Source of the DNA: Eledone cirrhosa | Taxonomy: Eukaryota | Length of the DNA stretch: 64,000 nucleotides | Direction of reading: 5' to 3' | Assembly: GCA_964016885.1 (NCBI GenBank) | Contig: OZ024763.1 | Location: 3,410,001 to 3,474,000 of the forward strand | Shown here: positions 59,186 through 64,000 of the stretch, in pieces | Position numbering within the stretch: the first letter of the stretch is position 1 | Layout of the letters: each line of letters begins with the position of its first letter | Translations under genes and position numbers: made by a program | The notes under the pieces: generated by a model | Database searches by the model: none | What the model was told of the DNA's origin: nothing | What the model saw: only the letters and a program-made list of their open reading frames with translations

Positions 59186-59359
59186 ATAGTCCTCATGAGC
59201 TGTAAATTACATATTTATTTCGTATTTATTGCAGTCATTAGAAAATACGTCCTAAGATCCTCTCACCTGACAGAAGGACGAGACCTTTGTTGTTTTATAA
59301 TAGTATGGCGTGAGTGGGGGCGGGGTGGGGGAGATAAAGTTGATTAAGTCTCAATAGCT

Positions 59360-59462
59360 GGTACTTGGCAACAAGTAGGACAACCAGGGGTAGACCCCGA
59401 GCAAGATGGTTGGATAATATCCATGAGCTTGGCTGGTCACGATAACGAGGGAGCAGCCATTA
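59360..59462 (+). mobile_element. RTE LINE relic
   Basis: Peptide TRGRPRARWLDNIHE followed by CGATAACGAGGGAGCAGCCAT, matching the ~9838-9858 terminus. Confidence 0.5.
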
Positions 59463-60172
59463 TATAAAATAAAGTACCAGTAATGCACTGGGTAATTGCT
59501 GGCCTTGTGCCTAAAGTAGAAACAATTATATATATATATATAGTAATAATAATAAATTTGAAGACTAAAATCCCGTTCTTTGCCAGGGAACGTTTCCACG
59601 AACCAAAGTATCCTCTTCCTGTCTTCCTCCGGTTGCAACGTTTTTTGAAATATTCACTTCTGCGTTTACAGATTGACTTTGTCAGTTTCAGAAGATCCCG
59701 TTAAGGGTGAAAGCAGCGATTCTTTGCTTAAACTTTAATCTGTTATTTTAATAAATATATATATATGTATATATAAATGTGTGTACGATGTTATTTTGAG
59801 GTATTTTCCACTTTCTATTGCATCATCACATCTGTTGACAGAAAATCGCCACTACACCACCACCACCAACACCACTACACCACACCCACCACCACCAAGG
59901 TCACCACCACCACCACCACCACCACTACCATATAATATATTGCTACTATTAACAGCTGTTATGAATTTACAACTTTCAATTTTTGCCATAAATGTTGTTA
60001 ACTTTGTTGAAATTAAGTCAAGTATGAAAATTACTTTGGAATTTTGCTCTATATATTATATACATATATATGTATATAATATATATACCTATACATACAT
60101 AAGTATATATACATACACACACGTTTATATATATGTACACACACATATACATACACATACACACTCACAATG

Positions 60173-60268
<96 letters not shown>

Positions 60269-60302
60269 TACACACTCACATATATATACATATATATATA
60301 TA

Positions 60303-60352
<50 letters not shown>

Positions 60353-60447
60353 GGCTCTGTTTCACTACATTGAGCTATACCTTTTACTGTCATTTCTATA
60401 ATACGAAGAGGGTGTTTAACTCCAACACACTCCAGTATTTTAACCCT

Positions 60448-60690
<243 letters not shown>

Positions 60691-61022
60691 ATATATAGGC
60701 CGAATTTACTTGCAAACCGCCAGAGATTCGATTTTACTGATTTCCAATTATATATATATATATATATATATATATGAAGATTAACATGGTTGGCTGTACA
60801 ATAAGGGCTTTATTTAAAGTACTGACAATTGTTTCGTTGATCATGTGGGTCTAGAGTTCGCTAATCGCTTGAGGTTGCGTAATTCGATCTCCAATACATT
60901 ATTCACCTCTGGTCGGCATCTGAAATTAATTCACTCGAGGCAAGACTTAGATAGAAAAATAGCGTATAATTAAAACAATAACATCAATAATAATACATGT
61001 ATGGTAAATAGGTAGAGAAGTT

Positions 61023-61125
<103 letters not shown>

Positions 61126-61206
61126 ATACTTGGGGAGGGTCATATTTGTGTAATATTGCCAGAATTAATAACACATATGCACATATTTTATCAGTGATTA
61201 TATATA

Positions 61207-61253
<47 letters not shown>

Positions 61254-61477
61254 AAACCCTGATTGTGTATTGTCTATAATGTAATACAGCCCAAACGGCG
61301 CATAATGGGGAAATACTTTGAAAGGAAGTTGTCTACGAAATAAGAATACAAATGAAATAAAACAAGTTTCACGTAAATCGGAGCACGGGTTCCTGAGATA
61401 TGGGTTTTTCTGGGTACCTACATTTATATATAGAGAGAAAAAGATAGAGAGAAAGAGATAGTGGTTGTGTGTGTGTA

Positions 61478-61553
<76 letters not shown>

Positions 61554-61963
61554 TGTAGATAAATCTACCAAGAGTTTACGGTAGTGTCCAATCCGTATGA
61601 AGAACTCAATGTAATCCGGATATCATGGAAAGAAGAGATGCAATGAAAAATCACTTTCGGTGAAAGATAAACGGAATACAGAGTCAAGATAAAATATTAA
61701 AAAAATAATGAATAAAACAATGAAACAGTTCCTTATATTAAACAAAAAAAGTTCATTATTTAACGATCGTTTCTAGGATATATATGTGTTAGAATTGGCA
61801 TGCATATTCAACAGATCTATGTACAAAATTATACAAAATTATACAAACTATCAAAATTAAATATACATACCAAACACATATATATGCCGTCTTCAGAAAT
61901 AATATATATAATATAAATAATATATATATATATAATATAAATAATATATATATATATAATATA

Positions 61964-62046
<83 letters not shown>

Positions 62047-62326
62047 CATATATATAAACGGAAAAAATGAAACGAAATTTCATTTCTCACTCTTAGTACG
62101 GCTGTTACTTAACTATAAGTCTGTATACGTACATACATATATGTATACAGACGTACAGTAGTATGTAATACATATATACATACATACATGCACACATATA
62201 TATATGTACGTATGGATTCACCGAACATTTATTATAATGCTCGGTGTGTTTGTAAACAAACATCCCGAATTAAGCGTACAGTGTCTAGCAACCATCGTTG
62301 CTCATTTGTTCAACCCTGACAAAGGA

Positions 62327-62369
62327 ACGCTGTACTAGTTTCAAGCTTATTAGCTATCGTCAGCAACGT
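62327..62369 (-). ncRNA. Minimal HHR motif in a distant relative of the 465-bp element (62056-62450)
   Basis: Minus strand ACGTTG-CTGACGA-TAGCT(AATA)AGCTT-GAAAC-TA-GTA-CAGCGT. The terminus resembles 7316-7395. Confidence 0.7.
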
Positions 62370-62464
62370 ATACCTTCCTGCCAGATGGTTGAACGGCTGA
62401 AAGTATATACTTTCCTTATGCATATTAACGGCTGTATACATATATGTATATGTACGCATATGTA

Positions 62465-62775
62465 GGAGGTGAGTTTTATTGTAGTACAATAAAGCAATGC
62501 AGATATCGGATAAGAAGCACTCTGCAGTTTGTAGGACTGGAGTATACATAATATATAAGAACAAAAGATGGTTAAAGGAGTTCCATGTATTTTATTATGC
62601 GCATTTCAAAATCATGTTGATTTAAAACTGCACTATTCACAAGTGTTTTTTAACCTTCATATCATGTCTTCCTATTTTATCTGATGAAAACACAAATGTT
62701 ATTGCATGATGATATTTGTTTTTGAAATGCGCATAATAAAATACATGGAACTCTTTTAACCATCTTTTGATCTTA
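62465..62775. mobile_element. Asymmetric foldback of the 50831 family with HHR at 62673-62743 +
   Basis: Tail and short arm on the left (to ~62610), longer arm ~62636-62770 carrying TATTTTAT-CTGATGA..GAAATGCGCATA-ATAAAATA. Confidence 0.8.
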
Positions 62776-62780
62776 TATAT

Positions 62781-62839
<59 letters not shown>

Positions 62840-62928
62840 TGTATATATACTTATATAAATATATACACATGGTGCGTGTTTTTGTATCGACATTTTTGTA
62901 TATATATGTATATATACGCACACACACA

Positions 62929-62970
<42 letters not shown>

Positions 62971-63126
62971 ATATATACATATATATATACAAACCATGTA
63001 TATATATGTATATATATATATATAGTGTATGTGTAGAAGTAACAGCAGGCGTAGCAACAGGTTATTATAAAATGTTACACATTGCCTTGATCTTATAAAT
63101 ATTGTGTTGATGGTGGTGGTGTGATG

Positions 63127-63158
<32 letters not shown>

Positions 63159-63167
63159 GTGGTGTTG

Positions 63168-63199
<32 letters not shown>

Positions 63200-63303
63200 G
63201 ATGGTGTGATGTTGTTGTTGTTGGTGGTAGTGGTGTGATGTTGTTGTTGTTGTTGTTGTTGTTGGTGGTGGTGTGATGTTGTTGTTGTTGGTGGTGGTGG
63301 TGA

Positions 63304-63334
<31 letters not shown>

Positions 63335-63488
63335 GATGTTGTTGTTGGTGGTGGTGGTGGTGATGTTGCTGTTGTTGGCGGTGGTGGTGTTGTTGTTGTT
63401 GGTGGTGGTGGTGGTGATGGTGATGGTGGTGGTGGTGGTGATGATGGTGGTTGTGGTGATGTTGATTACTTTCTCTATTTATACACAC

Positions 63489-64000
<512 letters not shown>

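Overview
Extremely repeat-rich, apparently non-genic (intergenic or intronic) eukaryotic DNA. The (TA)n/(CA)n/(GA)n density and SINE/LINE content suggest an octopus or other coleoid cephalopod (inference). Nearly all ORFs in the track are microsatellite artefacts and no host gene could be supported. The only coding remnants are retroelement-derived: an open 3' part of an RTE LINE with three C2H2 fingers (8384-9394), smaller RTE and R4/Dong-like fragments, and the C-terminus of a Penelope-like element (PLE) GIY-YIG endonuclease (20955-21236, minus). Non-autonomous Helitrons, MITEs, tRNA-derived SINEs and several minisatellites are also present. The main discovery is that many short 'unique' islands inside the (TA)n arrays carry type I hammerhead ribozyme (HHR) motifs, about 30 found by eye including mirror copies and degenerate ones. 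They occur as head-to-head foldbacks with a one-sided tail, or in a retrozyme-like partial tandem (465-bp unit). Five apparently unrelated families use a compensatory U3-A8 core (UUGANAA), and one lineage has a conserved structured insert in loop II. Two further partial tandems (720- and 650-bp units) share the architecture but show no recognisable ribozyme. All folds are manual, coordinates may be off by a few bases, and no activity has been tested.
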